Shown piece after piece: positions 48,593-59,153 of a DNA stretch of 64,000 nucleotides; the stretch's first letter is position 1; each line of letters starts with the position of its first letter. Below the pieces are notes generated by a model. The model had not been told where the DNA came from and made no database searches. It was given only the letters and a program-made list of their open reading frames with translations. The DNA comes from an uncultured Prochlorococcus sp. (lineage in GTDB: Bacteria > Cyanobacteriota > Cyanobacteriia > PCC-6307 > Cyanobiaceae). The position numbers and the translations under genes were made by a program. The stretch lies in NCBI GenBank assembly GCA_902573565.1, contig CACGKI010000001.1, positions 2,038 through 66,037 on the forward strand, in the 5' to 3' direction.

Positions 48593-49951
48593 TTATCTTA
48601 ACTTTTTCATCTCTAGTTTATTAAAAATAAATGCAATAAAAAGAATTGCGAATGTAATTAAGGCGCAAATTTCTGTCCAATAATCTAGTCCAATTTTAGA
48701 AATCATTAATGGTGCCAGAACTGTAAATAGTCCCCCTGAAAGAATTAACTGAGCGAAAAGTTGTTTTGATGTAAAAATTGGTAAAGTCTTTGAAATATTT
48801 TTGGGGTCTGCAAGCCTTAAAAGAAGCAACCCTGAAGCTACTACACCTGTGGAATTACCAAACTCTATCAAACTTTTTTCAAACCAATAATCCTCAAAAA
48901 TAAAGTATGCAAAATAAGCAATGCAGATTAAATTCCAAAGTAAACCAAAAATAGTAAACACTAAAATTAGTATCCAATTATCAAAAACAACAGCAATATC
49001 TAAACTTGCCATAGCTGTAAAAATCAATAAGTCTGTAGATAAAATACCAATTTCCCTTTGCAGAATATTTGAAATAAATTCTGTATTTTTGGTTTTCTCT
49101 AAAATATATCTAATAAGGAGCGAACCTATAAGGATAAAAGGGAATACCGGGAGCGAAAAGATAATCTCCTTAGAAAAATCACCAAATGAACTTGAAATAT
49201 ACCTTAAAAATTTAAGTAACAAAACACCGAAAGAAATTGCCAAGCCAGAGAAGCCAAGGTTTATTATAAAAATTCTTAAATCTTCAAAAATTCCTATTTT
49301 ATTGTTTTCATTTAGATTATCTTTTTTTTCAAGAATTCCCTCATTATTTGTAAGATTTAAATTTCTTCCAAGAAATATAAATATGCTACCTAATATTGAA
49401 GATGATAGAAGACCCATTGTTGCCATAGCTAATCCTAGATCTAGACCATTTGGAAAACCGAGTTTATTAAAACTTTCACCAATTATTGATGCAGCTCCAT
49501 GGCCTCCCTCAAAACCGACCTCTATTAAACATCCCATTAGAGGATTTGTATCCGTAGATGGAGGCAAAAAATATTTAACAACTATGCCGCCAACGAAAAA
49601 CTGTCCGAACCCTAAAGAAAGAGCGAGCAAAAACTGATTAAAGATTGGTTTAACCAAACCATTTATATTTGGGATAGGTCTACCCATCATTAGAGTTGCG
49701 AAGACTAATGATAAAAGAGGAGTAGGAAAATTACTCCAAACATTGATTGTTTCTTTTGGTATAAAGTGTATAGCCCCAAATGGGCCTATACATATGCCAA
49801 AAATGCCAGATATAACTGCTATTGGTAATCCAAATCTCTCAAGTTGAACAGCAAGTTTATATTTCCTCCCAAAAATTAATAAAAAAAATATAATTAATAA
49901 TCCCAAAAAACTTATTAATAGAGAATTTGAAAAAATCTTCAATGAAGTCAA
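48593..49951 (-). CDS. Sodium:glutamate symporter-like permease (GltS/ESS family)
   Basis: 452 aa, about 11 TM. The GFEGGHGAA block resembles the GltS GGHG motif. Confidence 0.5.
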   Translation of the reverse strand: MTSLKIFSNSLLISFLGLLIIFFLLIFGRKYKLAVQLERFGLPIAVISGIFGICIGPFGAIHFIPKETINVWSNFPTPLLSLVFATLMMGRPIPNINGLVKPIFNQFLLALSLGFGQFFVGGIVVKYFLPPSTDTNPLMGCLIEVGFEGGHGAASIIGESFNKLGFPNGLDLGLAMATMGLLSSSILGSIFIFLGRNLNLTNNEGILEKKDNLNENNKIGIFEDLRIFIINLGFSGLAISFGVLLLKFLRYISSSFGDFSKEIIFSLPVFPFILIGSLLIRYILEKTKNTEFISNILQREIGILSTDLLIFTAMASLDIAVVFDNWILILVFTIFGLLWNLICIAYFAYFIFEDYWFEKSLIEFGNSTGVVASGLLLLRLADPKNISKTLPIFTSKQLFAQLILSGGLFTVLAPLMISKIGLDYWTEICALITFAILFIAFIFNKLEMKKLR

Positions 49952-49993
49952 AAACTATTACCTTATAAATCTAAATTAATAAACAATTAAATT

Positions 49994-50023
49994 CAAATAA
50001 AAAAGGCCCTATAAAGAGCCTTT
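49994..50023 (-). terminator. Candidate intrinsic terminator of pcb
   Basis: On the minus strand: AAAGGC-loop-GCCTTT followed by tttatttg, 25 nt after the pcb stop. The stem is short and AT-rich. Confidence 0.45.
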
Positions 50024-50047
50024 AATATTATTGAATTAGAAAAGAAC

Positions 50048-51106
50048 TTAATCTTTAAGAGTAATTGTGGCACTATCAATATTACTAATAGCATTAGTTA
50101 CTCTCTTGAAATCAAAGCCTAATGCTCTAAGAGCATGCCATAGGTGACCTTGAATAAAGAAGAAACCAAAGTAGTAGTGAACATTTGCTAACCATGCCCT
50201 TGATGTAAACTCACCATCAGGAAGATCGACAGTATCAACCCAATATGGAGAAATACTAAACTTCAACTCTAGTGGTTCACCAAAATATTCAACAGGATAA
50301 ACTGTTGTATTTGCTGCACTCCAGAAAGCCGCAATAATAGCCATCCAGCCTATACCAGCTAATGACCAAGATAAAACAGCTTCTGCAGATAGAAGACCTT
50401 TACCCTTAAATTTAGTAAATTCTCCAACCTGCTTTGTAGCAATATGCCATGCACCACCTGTTATCTCAACAAAAGCCAGGAATGCATGACCGCCCATAAC
50501 TTCTTCAAGACTATCAATAGTCAAAAAGTCTGTTTGATGATTCCAAATTTTTGCCAAGTTTAATTCGTATTCAACTTGCCTAACAGCACCAATTGCTGGA
50601 TCATAAATTCCATGAACTCTGGCCCATTCAACGAAAGCAATAACTGCAAATCCTAAGAAAAGAAGATGATGGCCGAGAATGAAAGTCAATTTGTCTGGAT
50701 TATCCCATTCAATATTGAATTTTCTTGCTCTGGCAATATCTGAATCTTCTAAATTTCCTGGAAGAAGTAAAGAGTGTAAAAGTCCGCCAGCAGCCAGGAC
50801 CATAGAAGAGACTAAATGTACGATTGCTATTGCAAGAACAGGTTTAGTATCTCCCATAGCAACACCATTAGCATCAAACCCTATTCCTAGAGTTGCTAAG
50901 TGTGGAAGAACAATTAGAGGTTGATGACCCATAGGAACAGTTGGGTCGAATCGTGAAAGTTCAAAAAGGGTGAAAGCACCAGCCCAGAAAACAATTAATC
51001 CTGCATGAGCTACATGAGCAGCGATAAATTTTCCTGAGCGATTAGCTACACCTGAATTTCCAGCCCACCACCCGTAAGTGGTATCTGGATTACCGTAGGT
51101 TTGCAT
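50048..51106 (-). CDS. pcb: Chlorophyll a/b-binding light-harvesting protein (Pcb, CP43/IsiA family)
   Basis: [43 protein letters not shown]. Six-helix CP43-like protein lacking the large lumenal loop. Confidence 0.92.
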   Translation of the reverse strand: MQTYGNPDTTYGWWAGNSGVANRSGKFIAAHVAHAGLIVFWAGAFTLFELSRFDPTVPMGHQPLIVLPHLATLGIGFDANGVAMGDTKPVLAIAIVHLVSSMVLAAGGLLHSLLLPGNLEDSDIARARKFNIEWDNPDKLTFILGHHLLFLGFAVIAFVEWARVHGIYDPAIGAVRQVEYELNLAKIWNHQTDFLTIDSLEEVMGGHAFLAFVEITGGAWHIATKQVGEFTKFKGKGLLSAEAVLSWSLAGIGWMAIIAAFWSAANTTVYPVEYFGEPLELKFSISPYWVDTVDLPDGEFTSRAWLANVHYYFGFFFIQGHLWHALRALGFDFKRVTNAISNIDSATITLKD

Positions 51107-51432
51107 TTAGGAAATGATTAGCTTAAACGTTCTGAGAATACTTTAAATTTCATCAAACAGTTGAATTCACAACAAAATTGTAAAAATTAGTAATCCTAAG
51201 TAAAAAAATAAAATTATTTACCAAAACAATTAAATATTAAAGAAGTTAGATTTCAACAGTAAAGTTATTGTTAAATAATCAATTACTTATGAAATAACAA
51301 GCTATTAAGGTTAATTTCTTTTTTTTAAATTTCTTTTTGCTGACATTAAACAATTTTTTGTTTCATTAAACCATCCTCCTTATTGCCTCATTCACAAACA
51401 ATTATTAAAAAGAGAATAAGACATCTAATATT

Positions 51433-51609
51433 ATGACTACTTCTCAAAAGTCTTCTAGAAAAATTTCACTAGAAATGAAATCGGAAGTTCATTACAAAAA
51501 GGCAGCTAAATCCTATAGAAAATCTCAGCAATATATAAAGATGATTAACCTATATCCAACTTTGCAAAACACTATTATTGATTGTAAGAACGAGAATTTA
51601 GTTGAGTAG
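51433..51609 (+). CDS. Possible small basic protein, 58 aa
   Basis: Manual translation MTTSQKSSRKISLEMKSEVHYKKAAKSYRKSQQYIKMINLYPTLQNTIIDCKNENLVE. ORF only. Confidence 0.25.
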   Translation: MTTSQKSSRKISLEMKSEVHYKKAAKSYRKSQQYIKMINLYPTLQNTIIDCKNENLVE

Positions 51610-51656
51610 ATATACTATATAACTTTCCAAATTAATCTTCGTATAATATTTTATTT

Positions 51657-51890
51657 TTAAGCGGCAATACTATCATTTTCCTCAAAACATAATTTATCTA
51701 CAATATCTCTGCAAAGTTTTACATTGTAGAGAGCTTTGGGATTCCAAGGTTTTTTCTGACCAAGTGGAGAGCTTTTCCAATGAATTCCAGGTTTGAGTAT
51801 TCCATTTGCACGTAAAAAAGAAAGTTTAATTTCAGTTATTCCTAATTTTTCTGAGGTCGACTCAGATGAGCTCCACATATCCCCTAACAT
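51657..51890 (-). CDS. Hypothetical protein with helix-turn-helix-like segment
   Basis: 77 aa. SEKLGITEIKLSFLRANGIL resembles a MerR/excisionase-type HTH. Confidence 0.4.
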   Translation of the reverse strand: MLGDMWSSSESTSEKLGITEIKLSFLRANGILKPGIHWKSSPLGQKKPWNPKALYNVKLCRDIVDKLCFEENDSIAA

Positions 51891-52028
51891 TGAATTTAAG
51901 TAAATATTATTAATCCTTGATAACGTTATTTTTATTTTTTTGAAAGGGTTAAAACTTTTAAATAATTATTAAATTAAGAAAAACATAGTATTTATAATGA
52001 AAATGGGGAAAAAGAGATTTTTATCAAA

Positions 52029-52328
52029 TTAAGAAATATTAAATGAAGAATCGTCATTAACAAATATTCCATCTTTTCCTTCTAACTTACTGCTGGATTT
52101 GAAAATACCATATTCTTCAGTGATAGACTCAAGTTTGGGAAGATTACTCCATCCTTTACTCCAATTCCCACTATTTATTAATTCTTCGTAAGAAATTTTT
52201 AAATTAATTTCAGAATCAAGAACAGAAACCATCAAATAAATAATTTCCTCCTTCTCTTTCTTCTCATTTAATAAAACAAAATGTCTTAATCCATTTATGT
52301 TCTTTTTAGAAGTCCAGAAATTTTCCAA
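52029..52328 (-). CDS. Hypothetical protein
   Basis: 99-aa ORF only. Confidence 0.4.
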   Translation of the reverse strand: MENFWTSKKNINGLRHFVLLNEKKEKEEIIYLMVSVLDSEINLKISYEELINSGNWSKGWSNLPKLESITEEYGIFKSSSKLEGKDGIFVNDDSSFNIS

Positions 52329-52347
52329 TATTAATTTCCCATTAGGT

Positions 52348-52626
52348 TTATTTAGATTCTTCTTTGGAAATTTTTTTATATTCTTTTCTTATTTTTTCAA
52401 GTAACACTTTTCTCTTATTTAAGTAATTAATAGATTCTTCTTTTGATAAGTTATATCTTTCTTTTTTAGTTAAATTCATCCAATTATTTAAATTCTTCTT
52501 ATTAAAATTTATTAACTTTGTTGGTGTATAAACTTTTATTTTATTTTTTGATTTAAGAAAATTTCTCAAATAATAAAAAATAAGTATAAAAATAAAAATA
52601 ATTAACATTAATTTGAATATCATCAC
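52348..52626 (-). CDS. Hypothetical membrane-anchored basic protein
   Basis: 92 aa with an N-terminal TM. 4-nt overlap with the hisS stop region. Confidence 0.4.
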   Translation of the reverse strand: MMIFKLMLIIFIFILIFYYLRNFLKSKNKIKVYTPTKLINFNKKNLNNWMNLTKKERYNLSKEESINYLNKRKVLLEKIRKEYKKISKEESK

Positions 52627-53903
52627 TTCAAAAGCAAGTTATTATTTATCCAATTTTCCAATTTAATATTATTGTCGAAAGATATAACCTCTTCTTTATT
52701 TTCATCATTTGATTTATCAAACAGCCTAATAATAAATTCTTTATTGGATGCCTCATCTTCACCAATGACAATAATACTTTTAGATTTTAGTTTATTTGCT
52801 TTTTTAAATTGTTTAGAAAGGGAGGCTCCGCTTAAATCCAATTCAACAAACAAATCATAATTTCTTAATTTTCTAGATAGATCCATGGCTAATGATTCAG
52901 CAATTAAGCCTTGATTAATAATATAAATATCAGTATTTCGTTGAACTTCAAGCTCTTTACCCGCTAGTAAAATCAATCTTTCTAAACCAATAGCAAATCC
53001 AATTGCTGGGGTGTTTGGCCCTCCCATTTGTTTTATTAAATTGTCATATCTTCCTCCACCACAAACTGTAGCTTGTGATCCTAAAGCCCCACTTGTAATT
53101 TCAAAGGCAGTATGGCAATAATAATCCAAACCTCTGACAAGATTAGAGTTTTCTAAATAAGGTATTTTTAAATCCTCTAATTGTTTTTTTAAGTCTGAAT
53201 ATCTTTTACGACTTTTTTCAGAAAGAAAATTAAATAATCTTGGTGCGTTTTCAAGTATTTTTTTTGTTTCACTATTCTTAGAGTCTAAAATCCTTAAGGG
53301 ATTTTTATTAATTCTATTCTGAGAATCTATGTCTAAAAATTTTTTATTTATTTCTAGCCACTTTATAAAGGATTTTTGAAAATCTAATCTATCGTTAACA
53401 TCACCCAACGTATTAATTTCAAGATTAAGATCTTTTATCCCTAATTTCCCTAAAATATCCCAAGCTATAGCAATAATTTCAACGTCACTCCTAACTGAAT
53501 CATATCCTATAAATTCAACACCTAACTGATGAAACTGTCTTTGCCTACCTGCTTGGGGCCTTTCATATCTAAACATAGGACCCATATACCAAAGTTTATG
53601 AAGGGGATTAGAGGATATTCCATTTTGTATTAATGCTCTTGCGACTGACGCAGTTCCTTCAGGTCTAAGAGTGCAAGATCTATCACCTCTATCTAAAAAT
53701 GTGTACATTTCTTTACTAACAACATCTGTACCTTCACCAATTCCTCTAATAAATAATTCAGTCATCTCCAATATTGGTGTTCTTATTTCTTTTATAGATG
53801 CTCTTGAAAGCTGCTCAAATATGATTTTCTCAACATTTTGCCACTTTATTAATTGATCAGGTAAGAGGTCTACCGTTCCTCTAAGATTTTTTAAGTTATC
53901 CAA
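52623..53903 (-). CDS. hisS: Histidine--tRNA ligase
   Basis: 426 aa. Class II motifs (TLRPEGT, FRYERPQAGRQRQFHQ, GGGRYD). Confidence 0.9.
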   Translation of the reverse strand: MDNLKNLRGTVDLLPDQLIKWQNVEKIIFEQLSRASIKEIRTPILEMTELFIRGIGEGTDVVSKEMYTFLDRGDRSCTLRPEGTASVARALIQNGISSNPLHKLWYMGPMFRYERPQAGRQRQFHQLGVEFIGYDSVRSDVEIIAIAWDILGKLGIKDLNLEINTLGDVNDRLDFQKSFIKWLEINKKFLDIDSQNRINKNPLRILDSKNSETKKILENAPRLFNFLSEKSRKRYSDLKKQLEDLKIPYLENSNLVRGLDYYCHTAFEITSGALGSQATVCGGGRYDNLIKQMGGPNTPAIGFAIGLERLILLAGKELEVQRNTDIYIINQGLIAESLAMDLSRKLRNYDLFVELDLSGASLSKQFKKANKLKSKSIIVIGEDEASNKEFIIRLFDKSNDENKEEVISFDNNIKLENWINNNLLLK

Positions 53904-54001
53904 AGTTTTAGAAAATAATTCAAAATTTTTAATTTAAGATGAAATTAAATTTTGATTGGTTGTTCCGTGAGACAATATTAATTTAACATTTAGAAAAACT
54001 A

Positions 54002-54418
54002 TTGGAAATTAATCAAAATAAAGAGATTCAGCATTGTGGTACAAAACCGAAAAAAATTGCTTTTGGGATAGCTCCACTTGGTATTGTTTCTATAGGAATA
54101 GTCCCAATGGGAGTAATAAGTATTGGAGTAGTTCCAATGGGTGTTTTTTCTTTTGGCGCGGTAGCAATGGGAATAATTAATTTATCAGTAGTTGGGATGG
54201 GAATAATCTCTGCAGGAATTACTACCATGGGCGTGTGGGAGTATTCTCCTAATTCACAGAACCATAATCATTCCAAACAAACTTCAAATTCAAAAAAGGA
54301 AAATGTGGTTTCAGATCTTTTTATGACCAAAGAAGACGCTGAGAAGGCTGCTTCAAAACAAGGATGTGTTGGAGCCCATAAAATGGGCGATAAATGGATG
54401 CCCTGTAGAGTGCATTAA
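54002..54418 (+). CDS. Membrane protein with six decapeptide repeats and a DUF3721-like C-terminal domain
   Basis: TTG start. Residues 19-78 are six xSxGxxPMGV-type units. C-terminal CVGAHKMGDKWMPC. Confidence 0.55.
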   Translation: MEINQNKEIQHCGTKPKKIAFGIAPLGIVSIGIVPMGVISIGVVPMGVFSFGAVAMGIINLSVVGMGIISAGITTMGVWEYSPNSQNHNHSKQTSNSKKENVVSDLFMTKEDAEKAASKQGCVGAHKMGDKWMPCRVH

Positions 54419-54448
54419 ATATTTTCTTAGTCAAAAATTAGCTGAATA

Positions 54449-55228
54449 TTAACTTAAAATCTCAACTCTAAAATCAAGATTTTTTGCCTCATCAGTAGTT
54501 AATTTTCTTGACCAAGCACCTTGTACGGGACTATTCCATCTAAATCCAGCATTTTTAGCTAAAGACCTATCTTCATAACTAACCAATGCCTTGTATAAAA
54601 ATCTCGGTTCAGTAGCTTTAAGTAAAAGTTCCTCTAAATTATCACATTTTTTGAAAACCTCAGATATGTAAAAGCAATCAGATAAAGCTCTATGTAAGTT
54701 CCAAACTGGTATTGAAAAAGATAGAGCTAGATCAGTTACTGAAGGTCTAGTTTTTAGTGATTTTTGAAAAGACCAATCAATATCTTCTAAACTACATATC
54801 CATTTTTTATCAAGATTAGGCAATCTTCCTTTTCCAAACCATTTCTTATCAAATTCAACGTTATGGGCAACAATGAAATCAGAACAATTAACCAGTTTTA
54901 AAAAGAAATTTAATCCATCCTCCCAAGGTTGAGAGATATTAGTTACTTCTGCTGAAATACCATTAACATGTTCAGCTTCATTCCTTTTAACTGGAAATAA
55001 AAATGAAACCTGTGAAAGTACACACTTAAAAGAGACATCAAACAAAATACAACCTATTTCTATCACTTCGTCTTTTTTTTCATCTAAACCTGTTGTTTCA
55101 GTATCAAGAATTAAAATTTTTTTAATTTTTTTATTTTGATCAGGAACATCTATTTCAGAAGATTTACTAACAGTTTGATCTTGAAGAAAATCCAATTGAT
55201 TTAATACTTTTTTGTTAAATAGTTCCAA
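54449..55228 (-). CDS. DEDDh 3'-5' exonuclease (DnaQ-like) with extra C-terminal domain
   Basis: ExoI ILDTETTGL, ExoII IVAHNVEFD, ExoIII HRALSDC. C-terminal ~55 aa YEDRSLAKNAGFRWNSPVQGAW. Confidence 0.75.
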   Translation of the reverse strand: MELFNKKVLNQLDFLQDQTVSKSSEIDVPDQNKKIKKILILDTETTGLDEKKDEVIEIGCILFDVSFKCVLSQVSFLFPVKRNEAEHVNGISAEVTNISQPWEDGLNFFLKLVNCSDFIVAHNVEFDKKWFGKGRLPNLDKKWICSLEDIDWSFQKSLKTRPSVTDLALSFSIPVWNLHRALSDCFYISEVFKKCDNLEELLLKATEPRFLYKALVSYEDRSLAKNAGFRWNSPVQGAWSRKLTTDEAKNLDFRVEILS

Positions 55229-55357
55229 TCATCTGAAAATATCTTAATTTATTTTGACGCATTTAATTAAAATTTCTCTTAAATTAATATTAATTAAATA
55301 AATTTGATTGGAAAAATAATATTTGAAAATTTCTAAGATTATAATCAAATCTGCAAA

Positions 55358-56080
55358 ATGAGTTTTACAAAATATCAATTTAACAACTTTTGTTATTGGC
55401 CTTCAAAGCCGAAGAAAATTGTGGAGTTCATCGGAGGAAGTTATTTAGCCTCGAAACCAGATTTAACCTATAAAAGATTTATAGAGAGCTTAATTCATAA
55501 AAATTTTGCAGTACACGCATACAAGTACACCCCACAATTTGATCACCAACAACTCGCTATTAAAGCATGGAAGGATTTTAAAAATTGCAGAATATCCTTA
55601 TCTAAAAGAATAGGATCATCAATTCCTTCAATAAGAATTGGTCATAGCCTTGGAAGTAAACTTCATTTAATTTCTCCTGATGGTGGAAGAAATTGCGAAA
55701 AATTCATTTCAATTAGTTTTAATAATTTTAGTGCAAACAAATCAATTCCATTATTAAAACAAATCGCTCAAAAATTAGAATTCAATAGTGAATTCAGTCC
55801 AAGTCCAGAAAGGACTTTACGAATAATTGAAAAAACTTATAATCAAAAAAATAATTTCCTAATAAAATTCAAATCGGACGAATTAGATCAAACAGATAAA
55901 TTATTTTCTTCTCTCAAAGCAAGAAAAGAAGATAATTCTAAGGGGATAATCTTAAAAGGGACACATACTATTATTGCAAGTGCAGGGCTAAGAGAAAATT
56001 TTCTTGGAGAATGGGCCGATGATGATTTTAAAAAATATACCATAAGAAAAATTTCAAATTTAATTGATGAATCCGATTAA
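55358..56080 (+). CDS. Alpha/beta-hydrolase-like protein (DUF1350-like)
   Basis: 240 aa with GHSLGS nucleophile-elbow motif. Confidence 0.5.
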   Translation: MSFTKYQFNNFCYWPSKPKKIVEFIGGSYLASKPDLTYKRFIESLIHKNFAVHAYKYTPQFDHQQLAIKAWKDFKNCRISLSKRIGSSIPSIRIGHSLGSKLHLISPDGGRNCEKFISISFNNFSANKSIPLLKQIAQKLEFNSEFSPSPERTLRIIEKTYNQKNNFLIKFKSDELDQTDKLFSSLKARKEDNSKGIILKGTHTIIASAGLRENFLGEWADDDFKKYTIRKISNLIDESD

Positions 56081-58059
56081 GATTTTTCTTTCAACTTTTC
56101 CAAAACAGAACTATCCTCAAGTGTACTTATATCACCACTAATCCTTTCTCCAGCAGCCAAAGATCGCAAAATTCTCCTCATAATTTTTCCACTTCGTGTT
56201 TTAGGAAGAGAGTCAGAAAATATAATTTTTTCTGGCTTAGCAATAATTCCAATTTCATCAACAACATGTTTCTTTAATACCTCTCCTAATTCTGAAGAGG
56301 TATTAAAGTCTTTCTCTAGGGAAACGAAAGCGACTATAACTTCACCTTTTAAATCATCTTTTCTCCCAACAACAGCAGCTTCTGCAACCGATTCATGACT
56401 CACTAAAGCAGATTCTATTTCCATTGTTCCCAACCGATGACCAGAAACACTTATAACATCATCAACTCTCCCCATAATCCAAATATATCCATCTGCATCA
56501 ATACGTGCTCCATCTCCAGCAAAATAAACATTCTTTTCTCCTTTAAATGTAATATATTCCCAATAAGTCTCCAAGTATCTCTGTGAGTTCCCATGAATTG
56601 TTCTCATCATGCCTGGCCAAGGCTTCGTAATAATTAGATAACCGCCCTCATTCTCCTTTACCTTATTCCCATCTTTATCAACTACTTCAACTTCAATTCC
56701 AGGTAAGGGGTAAGTAGCTGAACCCGGTTTTGTCGCAACCACTCCTGGTAAAGGACTTATCATTACGCCTCCTGTTTCAGTTTGCCACCAAGTATCAACT
56801 ATAGGACATTTATTTTTACCAATAACATCTTTGTACCAAATCCATGCTTCAGGATTAATGGGTTCTCCAACAGTGCCCAGAAGTCTAAGACTCTCCAGAT
56901 TATATTTATCAGGGATTTCACGACCAGACTTCATAAATGCTCTAATCGCGGTAGGTGCAGTATAAAAAATGGACACCTTATATTTCTGAACAATTTCCCA
57001 AAAAGCTCCTAAATTTGATGGTCTTGGTACTCCCTCAAACATTAAAGTGGTCGCGCCATTAGATAAGGGGCCATAAACTATATAACTATGTCCTGTGATC
57101 CAACCAACATCTGCAGTACACCAGTAAATATCATCATCTTTCAAATCAAAAATCCATTTAAATGTCAAATGGGACCAAAGATTATAACCACCTGTAGTGT
57201 GAACTACACCTTTAGGTTTTCCTGTAGAACCTGAAGTATATAGAATAAAAAGTCTATCTTCACTATTCATAATTTCGGGTTCACACCAATCTTTTTGATC
57301 TTTTAATAATTCGTGCCACCATACATCCCTACCATCAACAATAGAAATGTCTTTGTTAGTTCTTTTAACAACAACAACTTTTTCAACAACTTTATCTGCC
57401 CCACTTTTAATTGCAGCATCAACTGCTTGTTTAAGCTCAACTACTTTATCTTTTCTAAAGCCGCCATCGGCAGTAATAACAAATCTAGCCTTTCCATCAA
57501 TTAATCTTTCCTTTAAAGCTTCTGAAGAAAATCCCCCAAAGACAACTGAATGAGTAGCTCCAATTCTTGCACAAGCTAACATGGCAATCATTGCCTCAGG
57601 AATCATTGGCATATAAATGCATATCAAATCTCCTTTTTTTACTCCAATTGTTTTTAATGCGTTAGCTGCTTTGCATACCTCTTTTAGAAGTTCTAAATAA
57701 GTATATTTTTTGTTATCCCCTGGTTCACCCTCCCATATCAGGGCAGTCTTTTGCCCAAGTCCTCTCTTAATGTGTCTATCTAAGCAGTTGTATGAAATAT
57801 TAAGTTTTCCCTCTTTAAACCACTTAAAAAAGGGGGCATTATCACAATCCAATACAGTTTGAAATGGCTCGAACCAATCCAATTCAGATTTTGCAAAAGA
57901 TTCCCAAAATTTAATTGGATTATTTAAGGCTTGTTTTTTTAGTCTAAGTAATTCTTTTAGAGATTTAATATTTGAGTTTTCTACAAATTCTTTTGAAGGA
58001 GGGAAAATTCTCTTTTCTTCTAAGATGTTATTAATTGAATTTTTTTTATCTAATGACAT
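56077..58059 (-). CDS. acs: Acetyl-CoA synthetase
   Basis: 660 aa. AMP-binding [11 protein letters not shown]. Acs-type N- and C-termini ([11 protein letters not shown]). Confidence 0.92.
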   Translation of the reverse strand: MSLDKKNSINNILEEKRIFPPSKEFVENSNIKSLKELLRLKKQALNNPIKFWESFAKSELDWFEPFQTVLDCDNAPFFKWFKEGKLNISYNCLDRHIKRGLGQKTALIWEGEPGDNKKYTYLELLKEVCKAANALKTIGVKKGDLICIYMPMIPEAMIAMLACARIGATHSVVFGGFSSEALKERLIDGKARFVITADGGFRKDKVVELKQAVDAAIKSGADKVVEKVVVVKRTNKDISIVDGRDVWWHELLKDQKDWCEPEIMNSEDRLFILYTSGSTGKPKGVVHTTGGYNLWSHLTFKWIFDLKDDDIYWCTADVGWITGHSYIVYGPLSNGATTLMFEGVPRPSNLGAFWEIVQKYKVSIFYTAPTAIRAFMKSGREIPDKYNLESLRLLGTVGEPINPEAWIWYKDVIGKNKCPIVDTWWQTETGGVMISPLPGVVATKPGSATYPLPGIEVEVVDKDGNKVKENEGGYLIITKPWPGMMRTIHGNSQRYLETYWEYITFKGEKNVYFAGDGARIDADGYIWIMGRVDDVISVSGHRLGTMEIESALVSHESVAEAAVVGRKDDLKGEVIVAFVSLEKDFNTSSELGEVLKKHVVDEIGIIAKPEKIIFSDSLPKTRSGKIMRRILRSLAAGERISGDISTLEDSSVLEKLKEKS

Positions 58060-58154
58060 TAAATAAATATATGCTTAATAAACTTAGTCGAAAAATTTAT
58101 GGTTTTCAAAAATTTTAATATTAATTTAGATGGGGAAATATATTTATATTTAAT

Positions 58155-59138
58155 CTAATAGATTCGGCTGAGAACAAATTCAGGTAGTGCCAACAACGCT
58201 CTCTTATATTCTGAGTCAGGAAGCCAGACTATAGCTTCTTTGGAAAGTGTCGCAAAATTCTCAGCTAACTTTCTAGAACTTTCGATAGCTTTAGAATTCA
58301 TAATAATACTTAATGCATCATTTAGATCATTTTTTTCAGCAAGTTCTCTATTAATGAGTACAGATAAATTTTTATTGTCTTCTAAGGCATATAAAACTGG
58401 TGCAGTAAGATAACCACTAGCAAGATCACTCACAGCAGGTTTTCCTAGTTGTTTATCGTTCCCAGTAAAGTCAAGTATGTCATCTACAACTTGGAAGGCT
58501 AAACCAATATTTTTGCCAAAATCGTATAAAGATGATAATTCTTTATCATCAAGATTGCTCAAAACCCCAGCGGCTTTACAACTGTTTGCAATTAATGATG
58601 CTGTTTTGCAATAGCTTTTATTGATATATTTAGAAAAAGATTGAGCCGAGTCAAATCTATTTAAATTTTGTTTAATTTCACCTTCTGCTAAATCCATTAT
58701 TACTCTACTTAGTAATTTAACCACATCTACATTATCAAGATTTGCTAGGTGCCAACTTGCTTGAGCAAATAGAAAGTCGCCTGCCAAAACAGCTACTCTG
58801 GTATTGAATCTGCTGTGGACTGTATCAACCCCCCTTCTTATAGAAGCTTCATCTACAACATCATCGTGTACCAATGATGCTGTATGAATCATTTCTGTTA
58901 TTTCTGCCAATCTCTTATGTTTACTTGTTAGACAAAATTCAGTAGATATTGCTTTTGAAATTAATAAAACGATACCAGGTCTCAATCTTTTCCCCCCAGC
59001 ACTGAATAAGTGTTCTGCAGCTGCTTGAAGAATTGGATGACCAGCCCCTATAAGATTTTTCAGTTCAAAAATAAGATCATCAAGATCTTTTTCAACTGGT
59101 TGTAGTAACTCTGTAACTGTATTCATGATAGACCTCAT
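58155..59138 (-). CDS. sdsA: All-trans polyprenyl (solanesyl) diphosphate synthase
   Basis: FARM LVHDDVVDE and SARM VVDDILD motifs. Possible start at the internal Met (59126). Confidence 0.85.
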   Translation of the reverse strand: MRSIMNTVTELLQPVEKDLDDLIFELKNLIGAGHPILQAAAEHLFSAGGKRLRPGIVLLISKAISTEFCLTSKHKRLAEITEMIHTASLVHDDVVDEASIRRGVDTVHSRFNTRVAVLAGDFLFAQASWHLANLDNVDVVKLLSRVIMDLAEGEIKQNLNRFDSAQSFSKYINKSYCKTASLIANSCKAAGVLSNLDDKELSSLYDFGKNIGLAFQVVDDILDFTGNDKQLGKPAVSDLASGYLTAPVLYALEDNKNLSVLINRELAEKNDLNDALSIIMNSKAIESSRKLAENFATLSKEAIVWLPDSEYKRALLALPEFVLSRIY

Positions 59139-59153
59139 ATATATATTAAAGAA

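Noticed and set aside
48921-49637. 238-aa plus-strand ORF.
   Set aside because: It lies entirely inside the 452-aa polytopic permease gene on the other strand. The product is K/S/I/P-rich with no motif.
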